Part shown: positions 10,687 through 21,411 of the stretch, one piece after another
Layout of the letters: each line of letters begins with the position of its first letter
Numbering within the stretch: the stretch's first letter is position 1
Origin: Geopsychrobacteraceae bacterium
Lineage (GTDB): Bacteria > Desulfobacterota > Desulfuromonadia > Desulfuromonadales > Geopsychrobacteraceae
Direction of reading: 5' to 3'
Length of the DNA: 64,000 bases
Assembly (NCBI GenBank): GCA_963676795.2
Contig: CAXXTB010000002.1
Span: forward strand, 1,088,001 to 1,152,000
Notes under the pieces: generated by a model
The model's database searches: none
What the model saw: only the letters and a program-made list of their open reading frames with translations
What the model was told of the DNA's origin: nothing
Made by a program: the position numbers and the translations under genes

Positions 10687-12126
10687 GTGTCTACTTTCAG
10701 TGACTTTAAAGTTAAAGATCTCTCTCTGGCTCTCTGGGGACGTAAGGAAATCGAACTTGCCCAGGTTGAAATGCCTGGCCTGATGGCTCTGCGTGAAGAA
10801 TATGCTGGTGAATTCCCGCTCAAAGGCGCCCGGATTTCAGGCTCCCTGCATATGACCATTCAGACCGCGGTGCTGATTGAGACCCTGGTCGAGCTTGGTG
10901 CCCGTGTGCGCTGGTGCTCCTGTAATATTTTCTCGACTCAGGATCACGCCGCTGCCGCTGTCGCTGTCGGTCCCAAGGGAACCGTCGACAATCCACAGGG
11001 TGTTCCGGTCTTTGCCTGGAAGGGTGAAAACCTTAAGGAATACTGGTGGTGTACCGAGCAGACCCTGGTCTGGCCTGATGGTGAGTTGCCGAACATGATT
11101 CTCGACGATGGCGGCGATGCGACCATGTTCGTTCTCAAGGGGAGCGAGTGGGAGAAGGCTGGCGTACCTGAGGTTTCCGAAAACGATCCTGAAGATTGGC
11201 GTGAGCTTGTCGCGGCACTGAAGAAATCGATCGGTGAGGGTTCCAGTCTCTGGAGTCAGACTGCCGCCTCGATCAAGGGCGTGACTGAGGAGACCACCAC
11301 CGGTGTCCACCGTCTCTATCAGATGGCGGCAGAAGGAACCCTGAAATTCCCGGCCATGAACGTCAACGACTCGGTCACCAAGTCGAAGTTCGATAACGTC
11401 TATGGCTGCCGTCACTCGCTGGTTGACGGCATTATGCGCGCGACCGACGTCATGCTTTCCGGTAAGGTTGCTGTTGTCTGCGGCTATGGTGATGTCGGTA
11501 AGGGCTGTTGCCAGTCGCTGCGTGGTCAGGGTGCCCGTGTCATTGTCACCGAGATCGATCCGATCTGTGCGCTTCAGGCCCTGATGGAAGGCTATGAGGT
11601 CAAACGGGTTGAAGATGTTCTGGACTATGCCGATATCTACGTCACCACCACCGGCAACATGAACGTCATCACCCTGGAGCACATGCGTCAGATGAAGAAC
11701 AACGCCATTGTCGGTAATATCGGTCACTTCGATAATGAGATCGAAATGGCAGCGATGGAGAAGGATGCAACCGTCAAGTGCGAAAACATCAAACCGCAGG
11801 TTGATCGCTGGATCTTTGAGGACGGCCACGGTGTTATCGTTCTGGCTGAAGGACGCCTGCTCAACCTGGGCTGTGCGACCGGGCATCCGAGCTTCGTCAT
11901 GTCCAATTCCTTCACCAATCAGGTCATGGCGCAGATCGAGCTCTACAACAACGCCGGTAACTACGAGAACAAGGTCTATGTTCTGCCTAAGGCGCTGGAT
12001 GAAAAGGTAGCCAGGCTGCACCTCGACAAGCTGGGGGCAAAGCTCACCGTATTGACCGACGAGCAGTCCAGGTATCTCGGAATCCCGGTATCCGGACCGT
12101 ACAAACCGGATACCTATCGCTATTAA
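10687..12126 (+). CDS. ahcY: Adenosylhomocysteinase (GTG start)
   Basis: [58 protein letters not shown]. Confidence 0.98.
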   Translation: MSTFSDFKVKDLSLALWGRKEIELAQVEMPGLMALREEYAGEFPLKGARISGSLHMTIQTAVLIETLVELGARVRWCSCNIFSTQDHAAAAVAVGPKGTVDNPQGVPVFAWKGENLKEYWWCTEQTLVWPDGELPNMILDDGGDATMFVLKGSEWEKAGVPEVSENDPEDWRELVAALKKSIGEGSSLWSQTAASIKGVTEETTTGVHRLYQMAAEGTLKFPAMNVNDSVTKSKFDNVYGCRHSLVDGIMRATDVMLSGKVAVVCGYGDVGKGCCQSLRGQGARVIVTEIDPICALQALMEGYEVKRVEDVLDYADIYVTTTGNMNVITLEHMRQMKNNAIVGNIGHFDNEIEMAAMEKDATVKCENIKPQVDRWIFEDGHGVIVLAEGRLLNLGCATGHPSFVMSNSFTNQVMAQIELYNNAGNYENKVYVLPKALDEKVARLHLDKLGAKLTVLTDEQSRYLGIPVSGPYKPDTYRY

Positions 12127-12145
12127 GCCAGGTAATTCTGGACAG

Positions 12146-12182
12146 AAAAAAGCCCTCTGTGCTTGACACAGGGGGCTTTTTA
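12146..12182. terminator. Bidirectional terminator between ahcY and the sensor kinase
   Basis: AAAAAAGCCCTCTGTG-cttga-CACAGGGGGCTTTTT. Confidence 0.85.
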
Positions 12183-12211
12183 TTTGCCCAGTTCAGGGCT
12201 CTTTTGGACGG

Positions 12212-14371
12212 TTATTGGGATTTGAAGTCGAAAATTGTCTGATGCAGCTCTGTCAACTGGAAGGGCTTCTGGAGAAAACCGACGGTTCCTTTGCCGATGA
12301 ATTTCTGCGAGATTTCCGCTTCGCTGAAACCGCTGCAGATGATGACTTTGACATCCGGGTCGATACGGCGCAGTTCCCTAAATGCTTCATTCCCATCCAT
12401 GTGTGGCATGGTCAGATCCATGATGATCAGGGCGATCTCCTCACGTCTGGCCTGGTAGGTTCTCAGTGCATCGCGACCGTCGGTTGCGGTAACCACCTTA
12501 AGGCCAAGGGTCTCCAGCATGTTTCTGCCCAGACTGCGCATCGATTCCTCGTCATCGACGAGCAGGACTGTTCCCTTCAGGTCAAGCGGGGCCGTTGTTC
12601 TGTCTTTGTCATCAAGTGACAGTGACAGGTTCGACGCTGGAAACAGGGCTTTGATTGTTGTGCCCTTGCCGACTTCGCTGTAGATCTTGATGGCCCCACT
12701 ATGGCCGCGGATGATGCCGAGCACGGATGACATCCCCAGCCCCCGGCCGGTGAATTTTGTCGTGTAGAAGGGGTCGAATATCTTGTTGATCGTTTCCTTG
12801 TCCATGCCGCAGCCTGTGTCGGCAACTTCGAGGAAAACGTACATCCCCTCATCCAGGGTTTCATCGATCCAGGTTTCCTTGAGATAATTCTGATCGCAGT
12901 CCATGCAACCGCTTGAAATGGCGATAACCCCGCTTTTGTTGCCGATTGCGTCAGAAGCGTTGATCACCAGATTCATGATGATCTGCCTGATCTGGGTTGG
13001 GTCACCCTCAATGCTAGGCAGTTGCGGGTGCAGATCGTAGCGCAGGACTGCTTTTTTTGAGACAGAGACCGATAGCATGTGTTCCATCTCGCTGATCAGC
13101 CGTGACAGGTCCAGGGCGCCAACGACAAATGTCCCCCGTCCCGAATAGGCGAGCATCTGGTTGGACAGATCAGCGGCCCTTCTGGCGGCAAGTTTAACCT
13201 GTTCGATATGTTCACGAGCCGGGGCGCTGTCGTTCAGCTTACGTTGTGCCAGCTCGCTATGTCCGAGAATGATCATCAGGATATTGTTGAAATCGTGGGC
13301 TATGCCGCCGGCGAGGACGCCAAGGCTTTCCAGCTTCTGGGCATGGAGTATCCTCTGTTCGAGCTGCTCCTGCTTCTGTTCTATTTTCAGCCGTTCGGTG
13401 AGGTCCCTGGCCGTTGCCAGGATGTACTTTTCTCCCTGCCAGTCGAGCAGGGTGCCCTTGATTTCAACCTTGATCGTTTCACCTGATTTTTTGATGTGCT
13501 CACTCCTGAAAAACATCCAGCCATGGTTCGCCAGTTGCTGCGGAATGATCTCCTCGGCAAGACGCCTCATCTCGCCTTGTGGCGTGATCGACGCCGGTGA
13601 AAGATTGAGGAATTCATCACGGCTGTAACCGTAAATTTCTGTCGCTCTCTGGTTGACCTCGGTGAAATTGATCGAGCCGTCTGCGCAGAAGCGGTGCAGG
13701 AAGATGGCATCGCTCTGATTGTCCATCAGGGTGCGGTACTTTTTCTCGCTTTCAATCAGTTCCAGCTCGGCCTTGGATCTGGCTGACATCTCCATTTGGA
13801 GTTCCGAGATTGTCCTATTGAGTTGCAGGGAGTGCTGATGAAGTTGCTGGAGGAGGTTGCGCTTGCGCAAGTAGAGGAATGCGACAAAGGATAGCAGGGT
13901 TGTTAGCACCAGGCAGATAGCCGCAAAATAACTGCCGAGCTGAACAAGCTTCGGCCGGATGAAGCCGGTATCAACGACCAGTTTCAGTCTTGCCTGATCA
14001 GAGTCCGAAAGCGTTAGTTCCGTTGATAGCGGGTTCTGGTAGTTGGCCGGAGATGGGGTGGGGGAGAGATATTGACTGAGTATTTCGCCATCGGCTGATG
14101 TCAGGGTCACCTCGGAGATCCGGCCCAGTTTGTGTTCTCCCCAGTTCTGAATGAAATCCGCGACAGAGAGAAGGTTGCCCTCCCTAAGCTTTTTACTGAT
14201 GGTCTGGGAGAGGAATTCAAGATCTTTTCCGCCTTTCATCACGAATTCATTGGTCAGGCTGATTTTGAAAAAATTGATAGCGTGCCAGACAATCACAAGC
14301 TGGATCAGGCAGATGGCGACAAGAACTGCGAGATACTTCGGTGTTGCTGAATTTGAAATAGTTTTAAGCAT
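12212..14371 (-). CDS. Membrane-bound hybrid sensor histidine kinase (2 TM, PAS, HisKA/HATPase, receiver)
   Basis: LAGGIAHDFNNIL H-box, NLVINASDA, DTGCGM, FYTTKFTGRGLG, receiver LLVDDE...MDLTMPHMDG...KPF. Confidence 0.93.
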   Translation of the reverse strand: MLKTISNSATPKYLAVLVAICLIQLVIVWHAINFFKISLTNEFVMKGGKDLEFLSQTISKKLREGNLLSVADFIQNWGEHKLGRISEVTLTSADGEILSQYLSPTPSPANYQNPLSTELTLSDSDQARLKLVVDTGFIRPKLVQLGSYFAAICLVLTTLLSFVAFLYLRKRNLLQQLHQHSLQLNRTISELQMEMSARSKAELELIESEKKYRTLMDNQSDAIFLHRFCADGSINFTEVNQRATEIYGYSRDEFLNLSPASITPQGEMRRLAEEIIPQQLANHGWMFFRSEHIKKSGETIKVEIKGTLLDWQGEKYILATARDLTERLKIEQKQEQLEQRILHAQKLESLGVLAGGIAHDFNNILMIILGHSELAQRKLNDSAPAREHIEQVKLAARRAADLSNQMLAYSGRGTFVVGALDLSRLISEMEHMLSVSVSKKAVLRYDLHPQLPSIEGDPTQIRQIIMNLVINASDAIGNKSGVIAISSGCMDCDQNYLKETWIDETLDEGMYVFLEVADTGCGMDKETINKIFDPFYTTKFTGRGLGMSSVLGIIRGHSGAIKIYSEVGKGTTIKALFPASNLSLSLDDKDRTTAPLDLKGTVLLVDDEESMRSLGRNMLETLGLKVVTATDGRDALRTYQARREEIALIIMDLTMPHMDGNEAFRELRRIDPDVKVIICSGFSEAEISQKFIGKGTVGFLQKPFQLTELHQTIFDFKSQ

Positions 14372-14647
14372 GTCTTCGGGTCCGGCAATTCAGGGTCGTT
14401 GTCATCAGCATCGTTGTTCAGGCGATGTTGATGAGAAATTTTATGCTGATAGTTGTCGATGTGCTGAATCGAAGGAACTACAGAAAGCTTGAAACCTTCC
14501 CTCCAGGATATGGCTTCAAGCAGTAAGTCTCACGGAACGTTATTACCGATGTGCAATAAAGTAAAGTTGTTTCAAGGGGATGATTGTCCGGAGGGTGAAA
14601 AAACGGCCATAGTGTATCGCAGCACGGATAACGGGAAGCTTGAACTG

Positions 14648-15730
14648 CTATTCTCTGACGTTGAGCTGCAGCCAGATCGCCAGGAGCAGGAAGATGATGT
14701 TAGCTGCCCAGGCGGCGATGAGCGGCGGGAGGGCGCCCGCATAGCCGAATGAACTGATAATCGACTGAACGATGAAGTAAACTGCGCCTACGGCAACGCT
14801 CAGACCTATACCAAGGGCTATATTGCTGCCGCGGCCGCGTTGCAGGGCGAAGGGGACGCCGAGGAGGCCCATGATCAGGCAGGTGAAAGGCATAGCCAGG
14901 CGGTTATGCATGTCGACTCTCTGCCGGGTCGCACTGTACCCTTCCTTCTCGAGCTTGTTGACCAGTTCGCGGAGCTGGGAAAAGGTGAGTTCCGTGCTGG
15001 TATCCTGATGGCCGGCGAGCTCCTCCGGTTTTTTACTGAGTGGAACAGGCTCATTTTTCAGGAGATCGACAGACAGGATATCGGCATTTATCGGAGAAAA
15101 GGTGCGGATTGTCATCTCGGGAGCAATCCAGCTGTCCTGCTGGAAGATGCAGCGGGGGGCATCGAGCCGTTCAATAATCTGTTCCTGGTCGTTGAACCTG
15201 AGGATGGTCAGTCCCTGGATCTGCTGTTTTGCCAGGTTCGCTGTGACGATGTTGATGATTCGGTCATCCTGACGATACCAGATCTCGCTGTTGACCAGCG
15301 CCAGGGAGCTCCTGCCTTTCAGTTTATAGTTCATCAGTTCGTTCAGTTGACGGGCGCTGGCCGGACAGATGTATTCGCTCAAAAGAAAGATCAGGACTGT
15401 ACAGGCCAGTGCCGAAATGACCAGGGGCCTGACGATGCGCCAAAGGCTGATACCGCAAGCTCTCATTGCAGTTGATTCGTTGGTCCGGCCAAAACCGCCG
15501 ATGGTCAGAACCGTCGCTGTCAGGACGGCCAATGGAAATACCTGGACCAGGATCGGTGGAATGCTGTTGATCAGATAGTTGAAATAATCACCGGTGGTCG
15601 CGTGGTTGTTGATGAAATCGACAACCTGTTCGAACAGATTGACCAGCAGGTAGATGCCGGTGAAGGTTGCCAGGCAGAGCCCGAGAATGCGCAGGAAATG
15701 GCGAAGGATGTAGCGGGAAATCAGTGTCAC
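14648..15730 (-). CDS. lptG: LPS export ABC transporter permease LptG
   Basis: YjgP/YjgQ family; NESTAMRACGIS; LPPLIAAWAAN; overlaps lptF by 4 nt. Confidence 0.88.
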   Translation of the reverse strand: MTLISRYILRHFLRILGLCLATFTGIYLLVNLFEQVVDFINNHATTGDYFNYLINSIPPILVQVFPLAVLTATVLTIGGFGRTNESTAMRACGISLWRIVRPLVISALACTVLIFLLSEYICPASARQLNELMNYKLKGRSSLALVNSEIWYRQDDRIINIVTANLAKQQIQGLTILRFNDQEQIIERLDAPRCIFQQDSWIAPEMTIRTFSPINADILSVDLLKNEPVPLSKKPEELAGHQDTSTELTFSQLRELVNKLEKEGYSATRQRVDMHNRLAMPFTCLIMGLLGVPFALQRGRGSNIALGIGLSVAVGAVYFIVQSIISSFGYAGALPPLIAAWAANIIFLLLAIWLQLNVRE

Positions 15731-16899
15731 GGGCGGGGCCTTGTGCGAGCGAGTTTTTCTTTGAGGGCCGTCGGCCAGCTCAGGAATGCGAGTGGTTTTT
15801 CATTGGCTGTACAGTAAACGAAATAAATCCCTCCGACGAAGAACAGCAGGTTCGGCAGCCAGTAGATAAGCGAAGCGTGAATCAGTCCTTTCTGGGCAAG
15901 TGCGCCAGCGATGCTCAGCAGCACGTAATAGACCAGGAAGACAACCAGAGCCATGGCGAACCCGGCCCCCTTGCCTGAACGTTGGCTCTGCAGGCCGAGT
16001 GGCGCTCCCACCAGGACCAGGGCCAGGGGGGCGAAAGCAATGACGATACGTTGATAAAACAGGGCTTCCAGTTTCAGCCTGTCTTTTTTTGAAGGGTTCT
16101 GGTGCAGAATTGTCTGTATTTCATGCCAGGACAGTTCGATATCCTTTTTGGACGCAGGCTTTTTACCGGTCAGTTGGGATTGGATATCGATGTTGATATC
16201 ATAGTTGGCAAACCTGATAGTCTGGTACAGGTTGTCTCCCGGCGGCGTTCTGTGAATGCTGCCGTCTCGCAGGCGCAGGACAAGCTTTTGGTTGCTGTGG
16301 TCCGCCAGCAGGGTTCCTGTGGCCGCGGTAATCAGGGCGGGGGCCTCTCCGTCTCTCTCGTCTGCCAGGAAGACGGAACTCATGGTGTTGGTCTGATCGT
16401 CAACGCTTTTGGTGTAGAGGGTAATGCCAGGCAGGTCGTCATAGAAGATGTCCGGTCTGATGTCGAAGCTTGCGCTGCTGGAAACAACCTCAAAGACTTT
16501 GGCCCGGAATGCTGTCTGGCTGGCCGGTTCGACGATCGTGGTAATAAGTCCGGTCAGTACGCTGAACAGAATCGCCAGCAGAAAGACCGGTGCAATCAGG
16601 GTGTAGAGGCTGACGCCGGTCGATTTCAGGGCGATGAATTCGCTATCGGAAGAGAGTCTGCCGAACGCGAGGAGGATCCCGAGCAGAAAGGCGAGCGGGA
16701 AGGTGATAATGAAGAATGTCGGCATCAGGTAGAGAAACAGCGTGAGGATGTCGCCCAGAGGGATCCCTTTGTTGACGACCAGCTCCATCAGCCGGGGGAG
16801 CCGGCCCATCAGCAGGATAAAGGTGAATATCACCAGGCTGAGAAAGGCCGGGACGCAGTTTTCTCGAATAATATATTTGTGGATACGAGTATGTGACAT
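15727..16899 (-). CDS. lptF: LPS export ABC transporter permease LptF
   Basis: FGRLSSDSEFIALKSTGVS, LRLRDGSIH, WLPN. Confidence 0.88.
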   Translation of the reverse strand: MSHTRIHKYIIRENCVPAFLSLVIFTFILLMGRLPRLMELVVNKGIPLGDILTLFLYLMPTFFIITFPLAFLLGILLAFGRLSSDSEFIALKSTGVSLYTLIAPVFLLAILFSVLTGLITTIVEPASQTAFRAKVFEVVSSSASFDIRPDIFYDDLPGITLYTKSVDDQTNTMSSVFLADERDGEAPALITAATGTLLADHSNQKLVLRLRDGSIHRTPPGDNLYQTIRFANYDINIDIQSQLTGKKPASKKDIELSWHEIQTILHQNPSKKDRLKLEALFYQRIVIAFAPLALVLVGAPLGLQSQRSGKGAGFAMALVVFLVYYVLLSIAGALAQKGLIHASLIYWLPNLLFFVGGIYFVYCTANEKPLAFLSWPTALKEKLARTRPRP

Positions 16900-17039
16900 A
16901 GCCGCGCCATACTATTACACCGACCGTGGATCTGTAAATAATCATTCTTCGCTCTGGCCGATTCCGGGTCGGTTTAGAGTTCATGCGGCTGAGATTTTTT
17001 CTTGCCTGCGGCAGCCGGGAGTGTTATACATCCGCAGTT

Positions 17040-17135
17040 ATTCATTTCGCACGTTGCGGGATTTGTCCGGAAGGTTCCTGTTCTTACAATGATTGGGGTC
17101 CGGTCAGAATTGAACGCAGCGGAGGAAAAAAACCA
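17040..17135 (+). promoter_or_regulatory. Structured rpsB 5' leader (possible S2 autoregulatory element)
   Basis: Located upstream of rpsB; CGTTGCG...CGCAGCG and CCGGA...TCCGG pairings with GGGGT and GGAGG segments; assignment inferred from position. Confidence 0.45.
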
Positions 17136-17153
17136 GTTAAGGAGAAAACAAAA

Positions 17154-17936
17154 ATGGCACAAATCTCAATGAAGCAAATGCTCGAAGCCGGTGTTCACTT
17201 CGGACACCAGACCAAACGCTGGAACCCGAAAATGAAACCGTACATTTTCGGTGCACGTAACGGTATCTATATCGTTGACCTGCAGAAAACCGTTCGTTAC
17301 TTCAAATCCGCCTATGAATTCATTCAGGAGACTGTCGCGAAGGGTGAGAAGGTTCTTTTCGTCGGAACCAAGAAGCAGGCTCAGGATGCTATCAAGGAAG
17401 AGGCGCTGCGTGCCGATCAGTATTTCGTCAACAACCGCTGGTTGGGTGGCATGCTGACTAACTTCTCTACCATCAAGGCGAGCATCGAGCGCCTGAAGAA
17501 GATCGAAGCGATGGCAGCTGACGGGACTCTCGAGCAGTACACCAAAAAAGAGGCTCTGCAACTTGAGCGTGAGCGCGAAAAGCTGGAGAAAAACCTCGGT
17601 GGTATCAAAAATATGACCAAGCTGCCGGGCGCAATCTTCATCATCGATCCGAAGAAAGAAGCGATTGCCGTTCAGGAAGCCAATAAACTGGGTATCCCTG
17701 TTGTTGCTGTCGTTGATACCAACTGTGACCCCGACAACATCGATTTCGTCATTCCAGGCAATGACGATGCGATCCGCGCGATCCGTCTGTTCGCCTCCAA
17801 GATGGCTGAAGCCTGTGTTGAAGGCGGTCAGCGCCGTAAAGACAACCAGCAGATTGCCGCTGAAGGGAAGGACGACGCTGCTGCTGTCGCAGAAGCCCCT
17901 GTTGCCGAGGACGTTGTCGCTGCAGACGCAGAGTAA
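17154..17936 (+). CDS. rpsB: 30S ribosomal protein S2
   Basis: [47 protein letters not shown]. Confidence 0.99.
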   Translation: MAQISMKQMLEAGVHFGHQTKRWNPKMKPYIFGARNGIYIVDLQKTVRYFKSAYEFIQETVAKGEKVLFVGTKKQAQDAIKEEALRADQYFVNNRWLGGMLTNFSTIKASIERLKKIEAMAADGTLEQYTKKEALQLEREREKLEKNLGGIKNMTKLPGAIFIIDPKKEAIAVQEANKLGIPVVAVVDTNCDPDNIDFVIPGNDDAIRAIRLFASKMAEACVEGGQRRKDNQQIAAEGKDDAAAVAEAPVAEDVVAADAE

Positions 17937-18058
17937 CAAAGCTCAGAATTGTAAATAAATCAAGTAGTGGCCCAGCGGCCGGGCTTTATGGTCCGGCCGT
18001 TGCTTTGTCAGGGAAAACGCGGCCTTCATGCCGCATGAATATCGTGGAGGATAGAATC

Positions 18059-18967
18059 GTGAGTATTACAGCAGCAATGGTTTCCGAATTGCGTAAGAAG
18101 ACTGGCGCAGGAATGATGGATTGTAAAAAGGCTCTGAATGAAACCGGCGGCAATATGGATGAAGCTGTCGATTTTCTGCGTAAAAAAGGCCTTGCCGCAG
18201 CAGCCAAAAAGTCCGGCCGTGTCGCTGCGGAAGGTTCTGTCGCAGTCGCTTCCGAAGGAACTGTCGGCGTTGTTGTCGAAATCAACGCAGAGACCGATTT
18301 CGTCGCCAAAAACGATGCTTTCCAGTCCTTTGTCGGTGGCGTAACCGAAGTTGTTCTGAAAAACGAAATTGCTGATGTTGAGGCTCTCAAGGCTCTCGCT
18401 TTCCCGGGAACCGGCCGTAATGTTGAAGAAGAGCTGACTCATCAGATCGCAACCATCGGCGAAAACATGAGCCTGCGTCGTTTTGCCCGCGTTGATGCCG
18501 GCGAAGGTGTTGTTGCTTCCTACGTTCATGGTGCCGGTAAGATCGGCGTTCTGGTTGAGCTGCAAACCGCTTCTGCTGATGAGCGTGTTGTCGAGCTTGG
18601 CAAGCAGATTGCGATGCACGTTGCTGCTGCAGCTCCTCAGTACCTTGTGCGTGATGAGGTTCCTGCCGACATCGTCGACAAGGAAAAAGAGATCATGCGC
18701 GTCAAGGCGATCGAAAGTGGCAAGCCAGAGAATATCGTCGACAAAATCATCCTCGGCCAGATCAACAAGTATTACGGCGAGGTCTGTCTGCTTGAGCAGG
18801 CGTTTGTTATCGATCCTGATCAGAAAGTCGGCAAGGTTGTCGAAGCACTTGGCAAGGAACTTGGTACTCCCATCAAGCTGAACAGCTTTGTCCGTTATCA
18901 GCTTGGTGAAGGTATTGAAAAAGAAGAAGGTGATTTCGCTGCAGAAGTTGCTGCCCTTAGCAAGTAA
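18059..18967 (+). CDS. tsf: Elongation factor Ts (GTG start)
   Basis: LRKKTGAGMMDCKKAL, EINAETDFVAKN; GGAGG RBS. Confidence 0.98.
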   Translation: MSITAAMVSELRKKTGAGMMDCKKALNETGGNMDEAVDFLRKKGLAAAAKKSGRVAAEGSVAVASEGTVGVVVEINAETDFVAKNDAFQSFVGGVTEVVLKNEIADVEALKALAFPGTGRNVEEELTHQIATIGENMSLRRFARVDAGEGVVASYVHGAGKIGVLVELQTASADERVVELGKQIAMHVAAAAPQYLVRDEVPADIVDKEKEIMRVKAIESGKPENIVDKIILGQINKYYGEVCLLEQAFVIDPDQKVGKVVEALGKELGTPIKLNSFVRYQLGEGIEKEEGDFAAEVAALSK

Positions 18968-18975
18968 ATCTCTGA

Positions 18976-19718
<743 letters not shown>

Positions 19719-19719
<1 letters not shown>

Positions 19720-20276
19720 TGGTTAATGAAATTTTAGACGAAGCGCGCGAGTCGATGGATAAGGCTGTCGGCGCTCTTAAAAAGGAAATGACCAAGGTTC
19801 GTACCGGCCGGGCAAGCACCAATCTGCTGGATGATGTCAGGGTCGAATACTATGGCGTACCGACACCGCTCAGTCAGGTCGCAACACTTTCAGCCCCGGA
19901 GCCGCGTCTTCTCACGGTCCAGCCGTGGGAGAAAAACCTGCTTCCGGAGATTGAAAAAGCGCTGTTCAAGGCTGATCTTGGCCTGACCCCCTCTTCTGAT
20001 GGTACTCTGATCAGGCTGCCGGTTCCGGCGCTGACCGAAGAGCGTCGCCGCGAGATGGTCAAGATTATCAAGCGCATGGCTGAAGATGCCAAGGTCTCTG
20101 TGCGGAATAGCCGCCGAGATGCCAATGAAAATCTGAAGATGCTGGAAAAAGAGAAAGAAATTACCGAAGATGAGCTTAAGCGAAGTGAAAAAGATGTACA
20201 GCAATTGACTGACGAATTCATCAGCACAATCGATGCTGTTGTGCAGAAAAAAGAACGAGAAGTCATGGAAATCTAA
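19719..20276 (+). CDS. frr: Ribosome recycling factor
   Basis: [28 protein letters not shown]. Confidence 0.98.
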
Positions 20277-20310
20277 GCGACGTCTGTCGCGCATTATAAG
20301 GAGATCAATT

Positions 20311-20475
20311 ATGGCTTTGAAAATTACAGACGAGTGTATCGGTTGTGGGACCTGTGTCGATACCTGTCCGGTCAGCGCAATTGTCGAGTCGGGTGATATC
20401 TATAAAATTACCGATGAGTGTACTGAGTGTCGCAGTTGCGTCGACAGTTGCCCCGTGAATGCGATTGTTGACTGA
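20311..20475 (+). CDS. 2[4Fe-4S] ferredoxin, 54 aa
   Basis: CIGCGTCVDTCP and CTECRSCVDSCP; AAGGAG RBS. Confidence 0.93.
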   Translation: MALKITDECIGCGTCVDTCPVSAIVESGDIYKITDECTECRSCVDSCPVNAIVD

Positions 20476-20497
20476 TATTTTCTGACCACTGATCCGC

Positions 20498-20530
20498 AAA
20501 GGGCGTTTTTTAATAAAACGCCCTTTTTTT
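20498..20530 (+). terminator. Intrinsic terminator after the ferredoxin
   Basis: AAAGGGCGTTTT-ttaat-AAAACGCCCTTTTTTT. Confidence 0.85.
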
Positions 20531-20646
20531 ATTGGCTTGTCCGTGCTCTGCAGTTTGGATGAGGATTAACGAGAATGTCAAATCTTGAGTCGCCGTTAGA
20601 AACATGCTAGGTTTCCGGCTTGCGAAAAAAATATTGGACGTCTGGA

Positions 20647-21411
20647 ATGGTAACTGAGATTAACACAGATAAAAACAGAGTAGTGAGGCATCTGGCGATC
20701 ATCATGGATGGCAACGGACGTTGGGCTAAAAACCGGGGTCTGGAGCGTATTGCGGGGCACCAGCGCGGTGTTGATTCTGTGACTGCCGTTGTCGAAGAAT
20801 GTCTCAAGCAGGGGATACGTTACCTAAGCCTTTATGCCTTCAGTTCTGAAAATTGGGGACGACCTCAGGATGAGGTCAATGCCTTGATGGAATTGCTGCT
20901 GCATTTCGTCAGACTGCAGCGTGACAAGATGCTGGAGAACGGAATTCGTCTCAAGGTCATCGGCGATGTGTCGAAGCTCAGTTGCCCCGTTCGCGATGCT
21001 CTGGAAGAAACCATGGCTGCAACCTCTGCAGGGGAGTGTCTGACCCTGACTCTGGCCCTGTCCTATGGCGGGCGGGATGAAATTGTTCGCGCACTGAAAA
21101 AAATGGCGGTTGAACTCTGTCAGGGGGAGCTTTCCATCGATGCCTTAAGCTCTGAGTTGCTCTGCGGATATCTGGACACCGCCGATCTTCCCGATCCGGA
21201 CCTTCTGATCCGGACTGGTGGAGAAAAGAGGATCAGCAACTTTCTGCTCTGGCAATCCGCCTATACCGAACTCTATTTTACCGACGTACAATGGCCCGAT
21301 TTTAATGCCGATGAGCTGAGCAAAGCTCTGCAGGACTTTCGGCAAAGAAATCGCCGTTTCGGCCTGATCGATGAACAGCTGACGTCCGAACAAAAGGAGA
21401 AATGCCATTAA
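20647..21411 (+). CDS. uppS: Undecaprenyl diphosphate synthase (start uncertain)
   Basis: HLAIIMDGNGRWA, YAFSSENW, PDLLIRTGGEKRISNFLLWQ. Confidence 0.96.
   Translation: MVTEINTDKNRVVRHLAIIMDGNGRWAKNRGLERIAGHQRGVDSVTAVVEECLKQGIRYLSLYAFSSENWGRPQDEVNALMELLLHFVRLQRDKMLENGIRLKVIGDVSKLSCPVRDALEETMAATSAGECLTLTLALSYGGRDEIVRALKKMAVELCQGELSIDALSSELLCGYLDTADLPDPDLLIRTGGEKRISNFLLWQSAYTELYFTDVQWPDFNADELSKALQDFRQRNRRFGLIDEQLTSEQKEKCH

Noticed and set aside
14372..14647. c-di-GMP/cGAMP (GEMM) riboswitch before the hybrid kinase, and the short ORFs 14151..14492 and 14489..14752
   Set aside because: No GGCAAA/GCAAA P1-P2 signature on the coding strand. The ORFs overlap real genes on the opposite strand and have no features.
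16983..17153. N-terminal extensions in the ORF track for rpsB (also tgt, tsf, truA, psd, pheA, cmk)
   Set aside because: Downstream starts match the family N-termini and mostly have clear RBSs; the extensions are longest-ORF artefacts.
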